A DNA stretch of 64,000 nt from Candidatus Obscuribacteraceae bacterium (GTDB taxonomy: Bacteria > Cyanobacteriota > Vampirovibrionia > Obscuribacterales > Obscuribacteraceae). The notes below the pieces were generated by a model. It was given only the letters and a program-made list of their open reading frames with translations, was not told the DNA's origin and searched no databases. Positions 1-10,096 of this stretch are shown piece by piece. The position numbers and the translations under genes were made by a program. Every line of letters starts with the position of its first letter. The first letter of the stretch is position 1. The stretch spans positions 787,435 to 851,434 of the forward strand of contig JBGAHS010000002.1 in NCBI GenBank assembly GCA_044226015.1, read 5' to 3'.

Positions 1-3000
1 TGAATGACTTGAGCTCCGCCATCAATTCAGCCATGGCTGCATCGCAACTAGCTTGTCCCTTTTCTTGCCACTGCTGTATCGTTATCTCTGAGTTCTTCTT
101 ACTATCGCTGTCGAAATTATTTACTGAAGTCTCAATAGTTTGCATACAGTTCTTTCTCATTGTCTCTGCACGCTTGACTAAACGCGTTTCCAATGATTCC
201 TTGTTTTCATCAGCATCATCTGACTTGAATGATTCCTTGAACTCTTCTAAGGTCTTGTCCAAGCGCTCAGACAGGTTTGCAAGCAATGAATCAACCTTAG
301 CCTTGCCCTCACTCTCCACAGAAGAATTCAAGTCAGCAACGGTCTTATTAATACTGGTAAGAGCGGCTTTTCCGTCAGTGACATTCTTGTCGAACTCAGC
401 AACGAATTCCTTTGCACTCTTGTCCAGTTGCTGAACATAAGCGACCTTCAAGCGCTCAGCATATCTTCCCACCTGCGATTTCAATTCAACAAGCTTCGGC
501 AAAACCACGTCAGCTAAAGCCTTGTCACAAAGCTGCGTGACTCGCAAATCTGCGTTTCGAACTGCTTTGTTCAGTGCATCTTCAAGCTGTGCTTTGCGCA
601 GTGCAATGCTTTCAACATCGATGTCTCTGATGCGTCTAAATTCCAACAACATTGATTTGGAAACAACATCAAGATCAGCCATTGCTGAATGCTGATTCTC
701 TTCAACTTGTTTCAACGCCAGCTCATAAGCTATCTCATAGCGATCTAATGTGTCGGCGCGCCATGCCTTAATCTTCGTACGCTCTTCTTCAACCAACGCA
801 CTTAGTGTGACTTCAACATCTCGCTCCACAATACGACCCAATTTCGCACTGTACTTCGAAGTGAAGTCCTCTGCAGCATGCTTCATTCTTGTCAAAGCAA
901 CATCAATTTCGTTTTGATCTTTTGCTCTTGCGAGATCCTCTAAGGCCGGCTCAACGGCTGCTTCAAGCTTGGTTCTTCCATCTTCTGCAATCGAACTCAA
1001 CTTTTGGTCAGCGTCAATGGAAAGTCGGCGCAATTTACTGAGAACTGTCTTGCGCAAATCTCTCAGCCGCTCATTGTAATCGTGCTCGAATTTAGCGCTG
1101 TATTGCTTCAAATCAGCGACCCCTTGAGCACAAGATGATTCGTGATTGGTCTTGAACTCTTCGAGCTTCGCGTAAGCTTTCTGCTTTTGCTCTTCTAGCT
1201 TATCGAGGGTATCTTGCAATGACATTGTCTTGCGCTCGCGCGGACCGGCTGATTCCTCTTCCTTCTCGGGATCCGCATCTGCGACTGGAGCTTCTGCAAC
1301 TGGTGCTGGCGCCTCGGCAACCGGTGCTGGTGCTTCTGCGACTGGTGCTGGCGTTTCGGCTACTGGCGCTGGCGCTTCGGCAGCTGGTGCTGGCGTTTCG
1401 GCTACTGGCGCTGGCGCTTCGGCAGCTGGTGCTGGCGCTTCCGCGACTGGCGCTGGCGTTTCTGCCACTGGCGATGGTGTCTCGGCGACTAGTGCGGGCG
1501 CTTCTGCAGCTGGTGCTGGCGTTTCGGCGACTAGTGCGGGCGCTTCTGCAGCTGGTGCTGGCGTTTCGGCGACTGGCGTTTCCGCGACTGGCGCTGGCGT
1601 TTCTGCCACTGGCGCTGGCGTTTCTGCCACTGGCGATGGTGTCTCGGCAACTGCTGGTGTCTCGGCAACTGGTGCTGCTGTTTCTGTGACTGGCGCTGGC
1701 GTTTCGGCAACTGGCGCTGGTGTCTCGGCGACTGGTGCGGGCGCTTCGGCAACTGGTGCTGGTGCTTCGGCAACTGGTGCTGGTGTCTCTGCAACTGGCG
1801 CTGGTGTTTCTGCGACTGGCGCTGGTGTCTCTGCGACTGGCGCTGGAGTCTCAGCAACTGGTGCTGGTGTCTCTGCAACTGGCGCTGGTGTTTCTGCGAC
1901 TGGCGCTGGTGTTTCTGCGACTGGCGCTGGTGTTTCTGCGACTGGCGCTGGTGCTTCTGCAACTGGTGCTGGTGTTTCCGCAACCGGTGCTGGAGTCTCT
2001 GCAACTGGTGCTGGAGTCTCTGCAACCGGTGCCGGTGCTTCTGCTGCCGGTGCTGGCGCTAGAGCTTCCGCGACTGGCGCAGGGGCTTCTGCTGCCGGTG
2101 CTGGAGTCTCTGCAACTGGTGCTGGAGTCTCTGCAACCGGTGCTGGAGTCTCTGCAACTGGTGCTGGAGTCTCTGCAACCGGTGCCGGTGCTTCTGCTGC
2201 CGGTGCTGACGCTTCCGCGACTGGCGCCGGGTCCTCTGCAACTGGTGTTGGAGCTTCCGCAACCGGTGCTGGTGTTTCCGCAACCGGTGCTGACGCTTCC
2301 GCGACTGGCGCCGGGTCCTCTGCAACTGGTGTTGGAGTGTCTGCAACTGCTGCTGATGCTTCTGCAACTGGTGCTGGTGTTTCTGCGACTGGCACTGGCG
2401 CTTCTGCGACTGGCACTGGCGCTTCTGCAACTGGTGCTGGTGTTTCTGCAACTGCTGCTGATGCTTCTGCGACTGGCGCTGGCGCTTCGACAACTGGTGT
2501 TGGAGCTTCTGCAACTGGTGCTGGTGTTTCTGCGACTGGCACTGGCGCTTCGGCAACTGGTGCTGGTGCTTCCTCTTTCTTTCCTAACAACATCTCTTCC
2601 AGCGATTCAGCTGGCTTCTTAGCAGAAAGCAAGTCATTTAAAGAATCATCCAAGCTTGAAGGTGTTTCTACAACCGCAGCCGCTTCCGGTTTCGTTCCCA
2701 ATAACATTTCTTCCAAGGAACCTGACCCAGACTTGGATCCCAACAAATCATCGATTGCCGCCGGCTCGGCTGCAGGCTCTGGCTTCTTACCTAATAACAT
2801 TTCTTCGAGCGATCCGCTAGCGGGCTCTGGCTTCTTGCCCAACAACATCTCTTCGAGCGAACCACTGGTCGGCGCTGGTGCTGGCGTTTCGGCAACCGGT
2901 GCTGGCGCAGGGACTTCGGCAACTGGTGCTGGTGTTTCGGCAACTGGTGCTGGTGCTTCGGCAACCGTTGCTGGTGTTTCGGCAACCGGTGCTGGCTTGC

Positions 3001-5167
3001 CCAGAAGCAGTTCTTCCAATGAACCACCACTACTAGGTTCTGGCTTCTTAGGCAGAAGTAGGTCTTCGAGATTGCTTGCAGCTGCTGGCGCGGGTGCTAC
3101 TTCCGCAGATGGCGCCTCCGCAGATTCTGTTTTCTTGCCCAGTAAAAGTTCTTCAAGTGAGCCGCCAGACGAAGCTGGTGCTGGCGCTGGCGCTTCTACA
3201 ACCGGTGCCGGTGCCGCCACTTCTGGTGCCGACTCAGCTTTCTTGCCGAGCAGAAGCTCTTCTAGCGAGCCGCCTGACGAAGCTGGAGCTGGTGCCGCCT
3301 CCGCAACCGGGGATGGAGCTGTCTCCGCTACCGCTGCTGGTGTCGCATCCGCGACCGGAGATGCCGCCTCCACTTCGGATTTCTTACCTAGTAACATTTC
3401 CTCAAGCGAGCCTGGGGCTGGTGCTGGTTCATTTTTCTTCCCAAGCAGTAACTCTTCAAGCGAGCCACTAGATGTTGGTGCTGGCGCCGCGGCTTCCGGT
3501 TTCTTACCCAGGAGCATTTCCTCGAGAGAGCCACCACTGGCGGCTGCTGGAGCTAGAGCTGTTTCCGCTGCTGGTGCTAGACCTGTTTCCGCAACTTGTG
3601 CCAGAGCTGCTTCCGCAGCCGGTGCCAGAGCTGTTTCCGCTACTTGTGCCAGAGCTGTTTCCGCTGCTGGTGCTAGACCTGTTTCCGCAACTTGTGCCAG
3701 AGCTGCTTCCGCAGCCGGTGCCAGAGCTGTTTCCGCTGCTGGTGCTAGAGCTGTTTCCGCTGCTGGTGCTAGAGCCGTTTCCGCTGCTGGTGCTAGAGCT
3801 GTTTCCGCTACTTGTGCCAGAGCTGCTTCCGCAGCCGGTGCCAGAGCTGCTTCCGCAGCCGGTGCCAGAGCTGTTTCCGCTGCTGGTGCTAGAGCTGTTT
3901 CCGCTAGCGCAGGTTCAGGCTGCTCAGTTTTCTTCTTAAATAGGAATGCGGGAGGTCCACCCAGTTCGGTTGCCGGGGCTGGTTCCTTTTTACCGAGAAG
4001 AATATCCTCAAGACTGACAGATTGCATTCCACCAGCTGGTGCTGCGGGCTCAGGTTTCTTAGCAGATAGTAAATCAGCAACAGAAGGGTCAACGGCAGAG
4101 GGCACCGCCGGTGATGCATCCCCACCTTGCTGTGCCTTTGCGGCCTGAATTGAGGGGTCTGACAACATCGCCTTCAAAGTTTCGATTGCATGCGCATGCT
4201 CGGGTCTGTTGCTAGCTAGCAGCCCTTCAAGCAATTGGGCACTGGAGTCAGCCCCACCATTCTGAGGAGGCACCGCAGGCGGTACCGGAGAATCAGACAA
4301 CAAACTTTCGAGCGAACTAGATGCAGGTGCGGGGGCCGGCGCGGGTGGAGTACCTTGCTTGTTAGATTCAACCAACTTCTCCGAAAGCGCAGCCTCAAGA
4401 GCAGCTCCAAATGAGTCATTAGAAGCAGCGCCCTTTGCAGCTTTGGGCGACCCAAACAAATCATCAGCGCCGCCAAATAAATCGTCTGCGATCGATTTAC
4501 CTATATTGCCACCAACAGCTTTGGTGTCAGATGACGCAGGCAAAACATTCTCGACTGACTTTTTCGGAGCCTTGAGCATATCCCAAACTTCTTCAGAATC
4601 TTCCTTTTTGAATACGGTGTCAGAAGATCCACTAGCTGCGGCTGGAGCTGGTGTAGGCGCTGGAGCAGCCGCGACTGGCTCTTCTGCCTTCTTCTCTGGT
4701 TCTGGGTCGCCAGCCGCTTCCCAGCTTGTGTATATCGGAAACATGCTAGGCGCGCGACTACCGGCTGGAAGCTCTTTGGGAGCAAACAGCGAAAGTGCAA
4801 GTTCCATCATTGAAAGCGGGTCTGATGCAATAGCAGCATCAGGTTCAACGCCAAGTGTCTCAAGGAAGAAATATAATGGGTCTTCCTGACCATCTTTCTT
4901 GCGCTCACCCGAACCGCCGTACTTTTTCTCCATGCCAGCGAGAGCTTTGATAAGGTCCTTGCTGAGCGGTTGCAACACATTCGAACGTGAACAAAAGAAA
5001 GCCTGGTTATTTTCTTTAGCTTCCGACGCTTTTGTCGAAAGAACACCTTCCATGAAACTCATCTCGTAAGCGCTTTCATCGACCAGGTAATTCATCGGAA
5101 AGAAAGCATCTTCGCGAAATACTAGAGCGACACCAGCTATTTCCAACTCAGCATTGTCGTTTGACAA
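1..5167 (-). CDS. Giant (>1720 aa, 3'-partial) Ala/Glu/Pro-rich repeat protein with C-terminal coiled coil
   Basis: Not in the ORF track because its stop lies outside the window. Reads from TTG at 5167 (MSNDNAELEIAGVALVFREDAFFPMNYLVDE...). The segments translated by hand stay open in one frame to the window edge (...ELMAELKSF). The + ORFs 9..434, 1230..4148 and 4359..4889 are its antisense shadows. Start codon is tentative. Confidence 0.85.
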   Translation of the reverse strand, partial: MSNDNAELEIAGVALVFREDAFFPMNYLVDESAYEMSFMEGVLSTKASEAKENNQAFFCSRSNVLQPLSKDLIKALAGMEKKYGGSGERKKDGQEDPLYFFLETLGVEPDAAIASDPLSMMELALSLFAPKELPAGSRAPSMFPIYTSWEAAGDPEPEKKAEEPVAAAPAPTPAPAAASGSSDTVFKKEDSEEVWDMLKAPKKSVENVLPASSDTKAVGGNIGKSIADDLFGGADDLFGSPKAAKGAASNDSFGAALEAALSEKLVESNKQGTPPAPAPAPASSSLESLLSDSPVPPAVPPQNGGADSSAQLLEGLLASNRPEHAHAIETLKAMLSDPSIQAAKAQQGGDASPAVPSAVDPSVADLLSAKKPEPAAPAGGMQSVSLEDILLGKKEPAPATELGGPPAFLFKKKTEQPEPALAETALAPAAETALAPAAEAALAPAAEAALAQVAETALAPAAETALAPAAETALAPAAETALAPAAEAALAQVAETGLAPAAETALAQVAETALAPAAEAALAQVAETGLAPAAETALAPAAASGGSLEEMLLGKKPEAAAPAPTSSGSLEELLLGKKNEPAPAPGSLEEMLLGKKSEVEAASPVADATPAAVAETAPSPVAEAAPAPASSGGSLEELLLGKKAESAPEVAAPAPVVEAPAPAPASSGGSLEELLLGKKTESAEAPSAEVAPAPAAASNLEDLLLPKKPEPSSGGSLEELLLGKPAPVAETPATVAEAPAPVAETPAPVAEVPAPAPVAETPAPAPTSGSLEEMLLGKKPEPASGSLEEMLLGKKPEPAAEPAAIDDLLGSKSGSGSLEEMLLGTKPEAAAVVETPSSLDDSLNDLLSAKKPAESLEEMLLGKKEEAPAPVAEAPVPVAETPAPVAEAPTPVVEAPAPVAEASAAVAETPAPVAEAPVPVAEAPVPVAETPAPVAEASAAVADTPTPVAEDPAPVAEASAPVAETPAPVAEAPTPVAEDPAPVAEASAPAAEAPAPVAETPAPVAETPAPVAETPAPVAETPAPAAEAPAPVAEALAPAPAAEAPAPVAETPAPVAETPAPVAETPAPVAEAPAPVAETPAPVAETPAPVAETPAPVAETPAPVAETPAPVAETPAPVAETPAPVAETPAPVAEAPAPVAEAPAPVAETPAPVAETPAPVTETAAPVAETPAVAETPSPVAETPAPVAETPAPVAETPVAETPAPAAEAPALVAETPAPAAEAPALVAETPSPVAETPAPVAEAPAPAAEAPAPVAETPAPAAEAPAPVAETPAPVAEAPAPVAEAPAPVAEAPVADADPEKEEESAGPRERKTMSLQDTLDKLEEQKQKAYAKLEEFKTNHESSCAQGVADLKQYSAKFEHDYNERLRDLRKTVLSKLRRLSIDADQKLSSIAEDGRTKLEAAVEPALEDLARAKDQNEIDVALTRMKHAAEDFTSKYSAKLGRIVERDVEVTLSALVEEERTKIKAWRADTLDRYEIAYELALKQVEENQHSAMADLDVVSKSMLLEFRRIRDIDVESIALRKAQLEDALNKAVRNADLRVTQLCDKALADVVLPKLVELKSQVGRYAERLKVAYVQQLDKSAKEFVAEFDKNVTDGKAALTSINKTVADLNSSVESEGKAKVDSLLANLSERLDKTLEEFKESFKSDDADENKESLETRLVKRAETMRKNCMQTIETSVNNFDSDSKKNSEITIQQWQEKGQASCDAAMAELMAELKSF
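1276..2570 (-). repeat. In-frame 21-nt tandem repeat array encoding AE(T/A)PAPV, roughly 60 units
   Basis: Repeated units such as actggcgctggtgtttctgcg, degenerate at synonymous positions. Confidence 0.9.
3546..3907 (-). repeat. In-frame 24-nt tandem repeat array encoding AE(T/A)ALAP(A)/AQV, about 15 units
   Basis: Repeated units such as agagctgtttccgctgctggtgct. Confidence 0.85.
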
Positions 5168-5331
5168 TGCCTCTTCCGGCGCAGGTTGAAACAGAATAAA
5201 AATGTCACCAACTTTGGTGTTACCGGTTTCACTGCCAGCCCATGCATCAGGATAAACACCCGACGAGGGAAGGTAGCTCAGCAGCTGCTTCCTTACGTTC
5301 TTTATTTTCAATTTGGTCTTAGTTACACTGC

Positions 5332-6645
5332 TCATTTCTTGCTACCACCAGCCCCTTCAAGCTGCGATGATGTCTCATCGATTTGTTTTTCCAATTTTTC
5401 CAAATGACGATGCAAATCTTCTTCTTTCTGTGCGAAGAGCTGATCTTGCATTTTGACCATTTCGCAAAGCTGCACCTTATAGTTTGAAAACAGGTCTGAA
5501 AACGATTTTTCAGATGCCACCCCAAGCTTTTCCATTCCATCTGCATGCTTCTTGAGCAGCTCCTTCAATTTCTGGCTCAGGTCCTTGCCCAGTTCATCGA
5601 ACTCTTCATTCATTTCCTTGAAAGTGTCCTCGATAGCATTCGCACCATCATTGAAAGAATTACCAGAGAAGCTTTTTAACTCTGAGCATATTGTCGAGGA
5701 ACTATTCATAGTATTCTCGCCAATCTCATCAATAGAATGTTGTTCCTGTTCCAACAGCTTTGCACTGAGTTCCTTCAATTCAGAGAGTCTCTGCTCTAAC
5801 TCAGTTTTGCTGTACTCGCAAGAATCTTCAAGTTCGGAAAGCGAGTCTTTACTCAAATTCTTCAACTCTTCAATTTTTTCAGCAAGCGTCTTGTCCTTAG
5901 TCTCTTCAAGAGACTTCTCCAGCTTCTTGCAAAAATCTTTGAGATCGTCGAGAGATGATAAAGCCACCTTTGCTACGATGCCATCAAGCTTCTTGTTTGC
6001 TTTATCAATATCATCAGCCTGATCATCAAACAGCCGATCAACAGTTTTGCCGGCCTTCAAACGGCTTGCTTCTGCCTTCTTAAGTATGGCTGCCAGAGTT
6101 TCACCAAAACCAGTTTTGTATTCATTTTTTGCTTGCGACAATTTTCCGAAAGCATCAGATTGAATCTGATTTAAGCTAGCCTGACTGCGGCGGCAGAGCC
6201 GATCCATATCGAGAAGCAGCTTTTCAGCCTCATAGCTAAATTCTTGCTTGTCTACTGCAAACCCTTTTTCGACTTTCAAAAGCTGAGTATCTAGCCGCTC
6301 TGAAGCTGCCTTGATTGCGTGGTCTCTAGACTGTTCTGCGTTTTGAAGTATGGCGGAAACTTCAAGGCGCAACGTTTCTTTTACACTTGTTTGAAAAATC
6401 TCTTTGTTTTCACCAACCTGCACAAGAGTTTGGCGCAAGTCTTCAAGCAACTGATCAACCTGCTTATTGATTTCGCTTACATAGCTAACTTCAGAGGTCT
6501 TCAACTTCTGTTCGAAGGCTTCGCTCTGCGGTCCTGATGATGTAGCGATGGCTTCAGAACGAGCAAGTATTTCCTTGCGTTTTTGAGCAAGCTCAGCCAG
6601 CCTCGTGAAGCCTTCGTCAACTATATCCTTTAAGTTCTTTGCCAT
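5332..6645 (-). CDS. Coiled-coil/all-helical hypothetical protein
   Basis: 437 aa, E/K/L-rich with heptad character; ATG preceded by GGAG. Confidence 0.75.
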   Translation of the reverse strand: MAKNLKDIVDEGFTRLAELAQKRKEILARSEAIATSSGPQSEAFEQKLKTSEVSYVSEINKQVDQLLEDLRQTLVQVGENKEIFQTSVKETLRLEVSAILQNAEQSRDHAIKAASERLDTQLLKVEKGFAVDKQEFSYEAEKLLLDMDRLCRRSQASLNQIQSDAFGKLSQAKNEYKTGFGETLAAILKKAEASRLKAGKTVDRLFDDQADDIDKANKKLDGIVAKVALSSLDDLKDFCKKLEKSLEETKDKTLAEKIEELKNLSKDSLSELEDSCEYSKTELEQRLSELKELSAKLLEQEQHSIDEIGENTMNSSSTICSELKSFSGNSFNDGANAIEDTFKEMNEEFDELGKDLSQKLKELLKKHADGMEKLGVASEKSFSDLFSNYKVQLCEMVKMQDQLFAQKEEDLHRHLEKLEKQIDETSSQLEGAGGSKK

Positions 6646-6669
6646 AACTCCGTTCCCTGTTCAATAAAA

Positions 6670-8043
6670 TTAGTCGAGCGCACTCAGTAGGTCTCTAGCA
6701 TCTGTAACCAGCTGCTCGAGTGCGTCTGATTTGTGAGTCATTTCTTCGATTTTCTCTTTGTTGGATTCAGTCAGCTCTGAGATTTCTTTACGCGCTTCGT
6801 TGAAACTCTTTTCAATAGAATTTGCGTAATTCAAGCTGGACACATTCAGCTTGCTACGAAACTCATCAAGCGAATCTTCCATTATCGTTTTGGCTGCAGA
6901 AACATTTTCTTTCACGTTAGATTTCAGCTCAGCTTTCATCTTCGAAATGAACTCAACTACAGCTTCCGGCACGCCTTCAGATTCAGGACTCTTTGCTTTA
7001 GTAGCATCGATAGCAGGCATAGCCTCACGGGCACTCTTTTCAAATTTCTGCAAAAGCTTGGCTGCTTGCTCATTGAAATTGTCCTGATAGTTATGCAACA
7101 GCGTCTGCAAATGAGAACGAATAATCATCATCTGGTCTTCGCTTTGTTTAGCGATAGAGACGATTTCTGTGCGATAAACAAGAGCTAGATTGTTAGTTTG
7201 AGTCGAATGTAGGTCGAGCTTCATCGTGGTGAGATTTCGGCAAGACTCTGCGAACTTCTCTGGCATGCTATCAAGATAATCACGATCAATTGCAACACCC
7301 AACTTGACTCGCTCTTGAACTTCAGAAAGAGCGTCAATTCTCTCTTTCAACTTAGCCTGGTGTTCAGACACAAGCTTTTCCATCACACTATCGAGTGTGC
7401 TGACATATGCCGCGCCTTCTTCATCGAGCGAGGTTTTCAGCAAGGTAAAATGCTCAGAAAGTTTGATTAGCCCATCTGCTGACTTTTCACGCAGCTGTTC
7501 GTGTTGTTTGTTGTGGCTTGATTCAATTGTGTCGCGCTCGGACTCGCGCTCTTTCTTAAGTTTGGCGAGCTGCTCTGGAAGACCTTTTGTCAGAGACGAA
7601 CTCACTTTTGTAAGCTCATCAGATACGGTTGTTTCAGAACTCTCGAGCTGTTCCAGAAATGCAGCAACACTGGCTTTCATTTCAGCTTCAACACCGCTTA
7701 TTTGTTCTTTCAGCTTGCTCAGCAATGCTTCGCGCATGTTCTGACCGATGGACTGGAGAACCTTCAATTCTTCACGGCGCAATTCTGTAAGCTCAGCCAG
7801 AATTGCATCTTTCTCAGCAATCAAGCCTTCAAGCTGACTTCTAACTATCAGCTCTGAATGTTCACTAAGTTCTGCCAGTCGCTCGTTGACCTTGTTTTCA
7901 AGCGTAGCATTCAGTCTGCTTACCTGCTCGCAACTGTCATTGAATTTTCTTGTCATTTCCTGCGAAGCACGAGTCAGCGCGGCAAGCATTTGTTTTGCCG
8001 CGCTTGTTCCTGATTGTGTTTCGCCCGTTGAAGTTTCCGCCAT
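6670..8043 (-). CDS. Coiled-coil/all-helical hypothetical protein
   Basis: 457 aa, E/K/L/S-rich; 24 nt upstream of the previous gene and co-oriented. Confidence 0.75.
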   Translation of the reverse strand: MAETSTGETQSGTSAAKQMLAALTRASQEMTRKFNDSCEQVSRLNATLENKVNERLAELSEHSELIVRSQLEGLIAEKDAILAELTELRREELKVLQSIGQNMREALLSKLKEQISGVEAEMKASVAAFLEQLESSETTVSDELTKVSSSLTKGLPEQLAKLKKERESERDTIESSHNKQHEQLREKSADGLIKLSEHFTLLKTSLDEEGAAYVSTLDSVMEKLVSEHQAKLKERIDALSEVQERVKLGVAIDRDYLDSMPEKFAESCRNLTTMKLDLHSTQTNNLALVYRTEIVSIAKQSEDQMMIIRSHLQTLLHNYQDNFNEQAAKLLQKFEKSAREAMPAIDATKAKSPESEGVPEAVVEFISKMKAELKSNVKENVSAAKTIMEDSLDEFRSKLNVSSLNYANSIEKSFNEARKEISELTESNKEKIEEMTHKSDALEQLVTDARDLLSALD

Positions 8044-8158
8044 TTTCCGCTTTCGGGGTTAATGCCCCTACCTTAATTGATATGCCACACCACAGAAATC
8101 TTATGCCCAACGGCAGGGCAAAAACATATCTTTTGATCTCTTTGTCTAGCAAACTTTT

Positions 8159-8518
8159 CTAAACAGCGGTTGCCAAATAGTTCTGCACAAAATCTAAGAC
8201 ACGCTGATATTCGCTGGCAAATTCTTCAAGCATCTGCCGAGCTGCCTGCAAATCTGATTTATCAGCCGCCTGCTCGATGCGCTTGGCGAGCGCCGCAGCA
8301 TTGTGTGCACGCAATGTCGTGCAACAGCCCTTAACTTTGTGCGCACACTTGCGCAATAAATCTGCTTGTCCGGCTTCCAGATTGCCTCGCAAAGTCTCCA
8401 TGATATTTTTTGTGTCATCGAGAAACGATTCAAACACAACTGGAACCATGTCCGCATCAATTTCATCAATGAGTTCTGCCATATCCAGAGGCGGAGATGC
8501 AGAATCTAGATTCGTCAT
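8159..8518 (-). CDS. Stand-alone Hpt (histidine phosphotransfer) protein
   Basis: AHKVKG Hpt motif; ATG at 8518 follows AAGGAG. Confidence 0.85.
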   Translation of the reverse strand: MTNLDSASPPLDMAELIDEIDADMVPVVFESFLDDTKNIMETLRGNLEAGQADLLRKCAHKVKGCCTTLRAHNAAALAKRIEQAADKSDLQAARQMLEEFASEYQRVLDFVQNYLATAV

Positions 8519-8519
8519 C

Positions 8520-10052
8520 TCAGTGCTCCTTCTGCGACAAATGCTTGCCACCGCTTCCACTACTTGCAGGAGTCGACTTCCACTGTTCCCACTGTTGAAT
8601 TATTCGTTTTGACTGACTTTCGATAATCACCATTGCCTGCTCAGCGCGTTCCCAATTGGCATTGTCAGCATCTTTTATCATGCCAGCAGTGAGTGCCACC
8701 ATTGCTTCGAGTCCAAGTGTCGCGCACGGACCCTTGAAGGAATATGCAAAATGATTGACGCTCTTTCGATCTCTCTCATCGAGAGCGAAGCGTAAACAAC
8801 CAGTTAGCGTCTTCATCGTGTTGATGAAGAGGTCCATTATTTCTTCTGTTTCGATGGCACCATAAGTCTCTTGTAAAAGATGGAAGTCAATCGTAATTGG
8901 AGTATCTTCGGGCGGTGGTTCAACGTCAACAACTTGAGGCTGAATTGACTTCCGTGTGCGAATGCAACGCTGAATGACTTCTTGCAACCTTTTCTTTGTC
9001 ACACCTTTGGACAGGTAATCATCCATTCCGGTCGACAAACATTTTTCCTTGTCACCTTCGCGATCATAAGACGTCATCGCAACAATCGGAGTGTGCTGCT
9101 TCGTGTCGAGGTCGTGCCGACGAATCATCGCGGTTGCCTGAAAACCGTCCATTCCCGGCATATCCAGGTCCATGAATATAAGCCCGTAAATTTTGCTCTT
9201 TGCCATTTCAACAGCGGGCAATCCATCTTCCGCTTGATCGACTTCAAAACCTAACTTCTGCAGTTGAATCGCAATGAGCTTTCGATTTACTTGCAAATCG
9301 TCTACAACCAGAACGGTTTTGATGATGTCATCGTCATCGAGATCAACTTCTTTTTTGCTCGAACTTTCTTCACCCGGCTTTTCACTCACAGGCTTCCATT
9401 GAGGAGTTCCGAGCCTGCTTGCCAGTTGGTCCAGATCAGTTTTTGCAGTTTCTATTACTTCGATTTGTGTTTCAAGAGAATCACAAATTTCTTGCAGCTC
9501 GCGCTCAACCCGCACTTGTTCAGAGATATCGCTTATCACCAGAACGGCACCAGCTCTGACATTTGAATCATCAGTCAGAGGTACACAATGCGCTTGAATC
9601 CATGCTCCGCTGTCATTCTTAGAGCGATGCTTCACCAGGAGTTTCTTACAACTGGCTTCCTTGCTCTGCTCCCATGGAAGCGCTCCTGCAGGAACTGCAG
9701 TCGATTTCTCATCAAGGAAAAAGTCTATGCCTGCCTTCTGTCTATCAAACGAAGTTTCACCCGGCTTCAAACCTAGAAGACTTTGAATGGCCGGATTGAA
9801 CAATAGAATTTTTCCATCAGCACCAAGCACCATGACACCGAAATTCTTATCGTTCATGACAGTCTGCAGTATTCTCGGGAGTTGCCCAAGAGTATGCGAA
9901 GAACTCTCGTTGAGTTTGCGCAATTTGTCCGCAAGGCTGTTCAGCTCTTGCATTCGCTCTTCAGCCAATTGCTGAGTCAACCTCTTGGCATCCTCCGCCG
10001 AGGCAAACTCTTTCTTTAGCTCGTTTACATGTTGATCATCTAAGTCAGTCAT
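8520..10052 (-). CDS. PAS-receiver-Hpt-like phosphorelay protein without kinase domain
   Basis: PAS-like region (GKILLFNPA...SDISE), receiver domain (VLVVDD...FMDLDMPGMDG...MTS...DYLSK) and C-terminal Hpt-like AYSFKG. Start may be 10052 or 10085. Confidence 0.85.
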   Translation of the reverse strand: MTDLDDQHVNELKKEFASAEDAKRLTQQLAEERMQELNSLADKLRKLNESSSHTLGQLPRILQTVMNDKNFGVMVLGADGKILLFNPAIQSLLGLKPGETSFDRQKAGIDFFLDEKSTAVPAGALPWEQSKEASCKKLLVKHRSKNDSGAWIQAHCVPLTDDSNVRAGAVLVISDISEQVRVERELQEICDSLETQIEVIETAKTDLDQLASRLGTPQWKPVSEKPGEESSSKKEVDLDDDDIIKTVLVVDDLQVNRKLIAIQLQKLGFEVDQAEDGLPAVEMAKSKIYGLIFMDLDMPGMDGFQATAMIRRHDLDTKQHTPIVAMTSYDREGDKEKCLSTGMDDYLSKGVTKKRLQEVIQRCIRTRKSIQPQVVDVEPPPEDTPITIDFHLLQETYGAIETEEIMDLFINTMKTLTGCLRFALDERDRKSVNHFAYSFKGPCATLGLEAMVALTAGMIKDADNANWERAEQAMVIIESQSKRIIQQWEQWKSTPASSGSGGKHLSQKEH

Positions 10053-10096
10053 ACTCTGAGCATGCCCGACTCGAACCGCACTCAAACGAGATCATG

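Noticed and set aside
1230..4148. 972-aa + strand GAGVSAT-repeat ORF and overlapping Leu/Gln-rich ORFs
   Set aside because: These are antisense or off-frame shadows of the minus-strand giant ORF, whose frame continues beyond them and matches the orientation of neighbouring genes.
5270..5305. AAGGAAGCAGC on the minus strand resembling SRP RNA
   Set aside because: The upstream CAGG..GNRA half and the long stem are missing.
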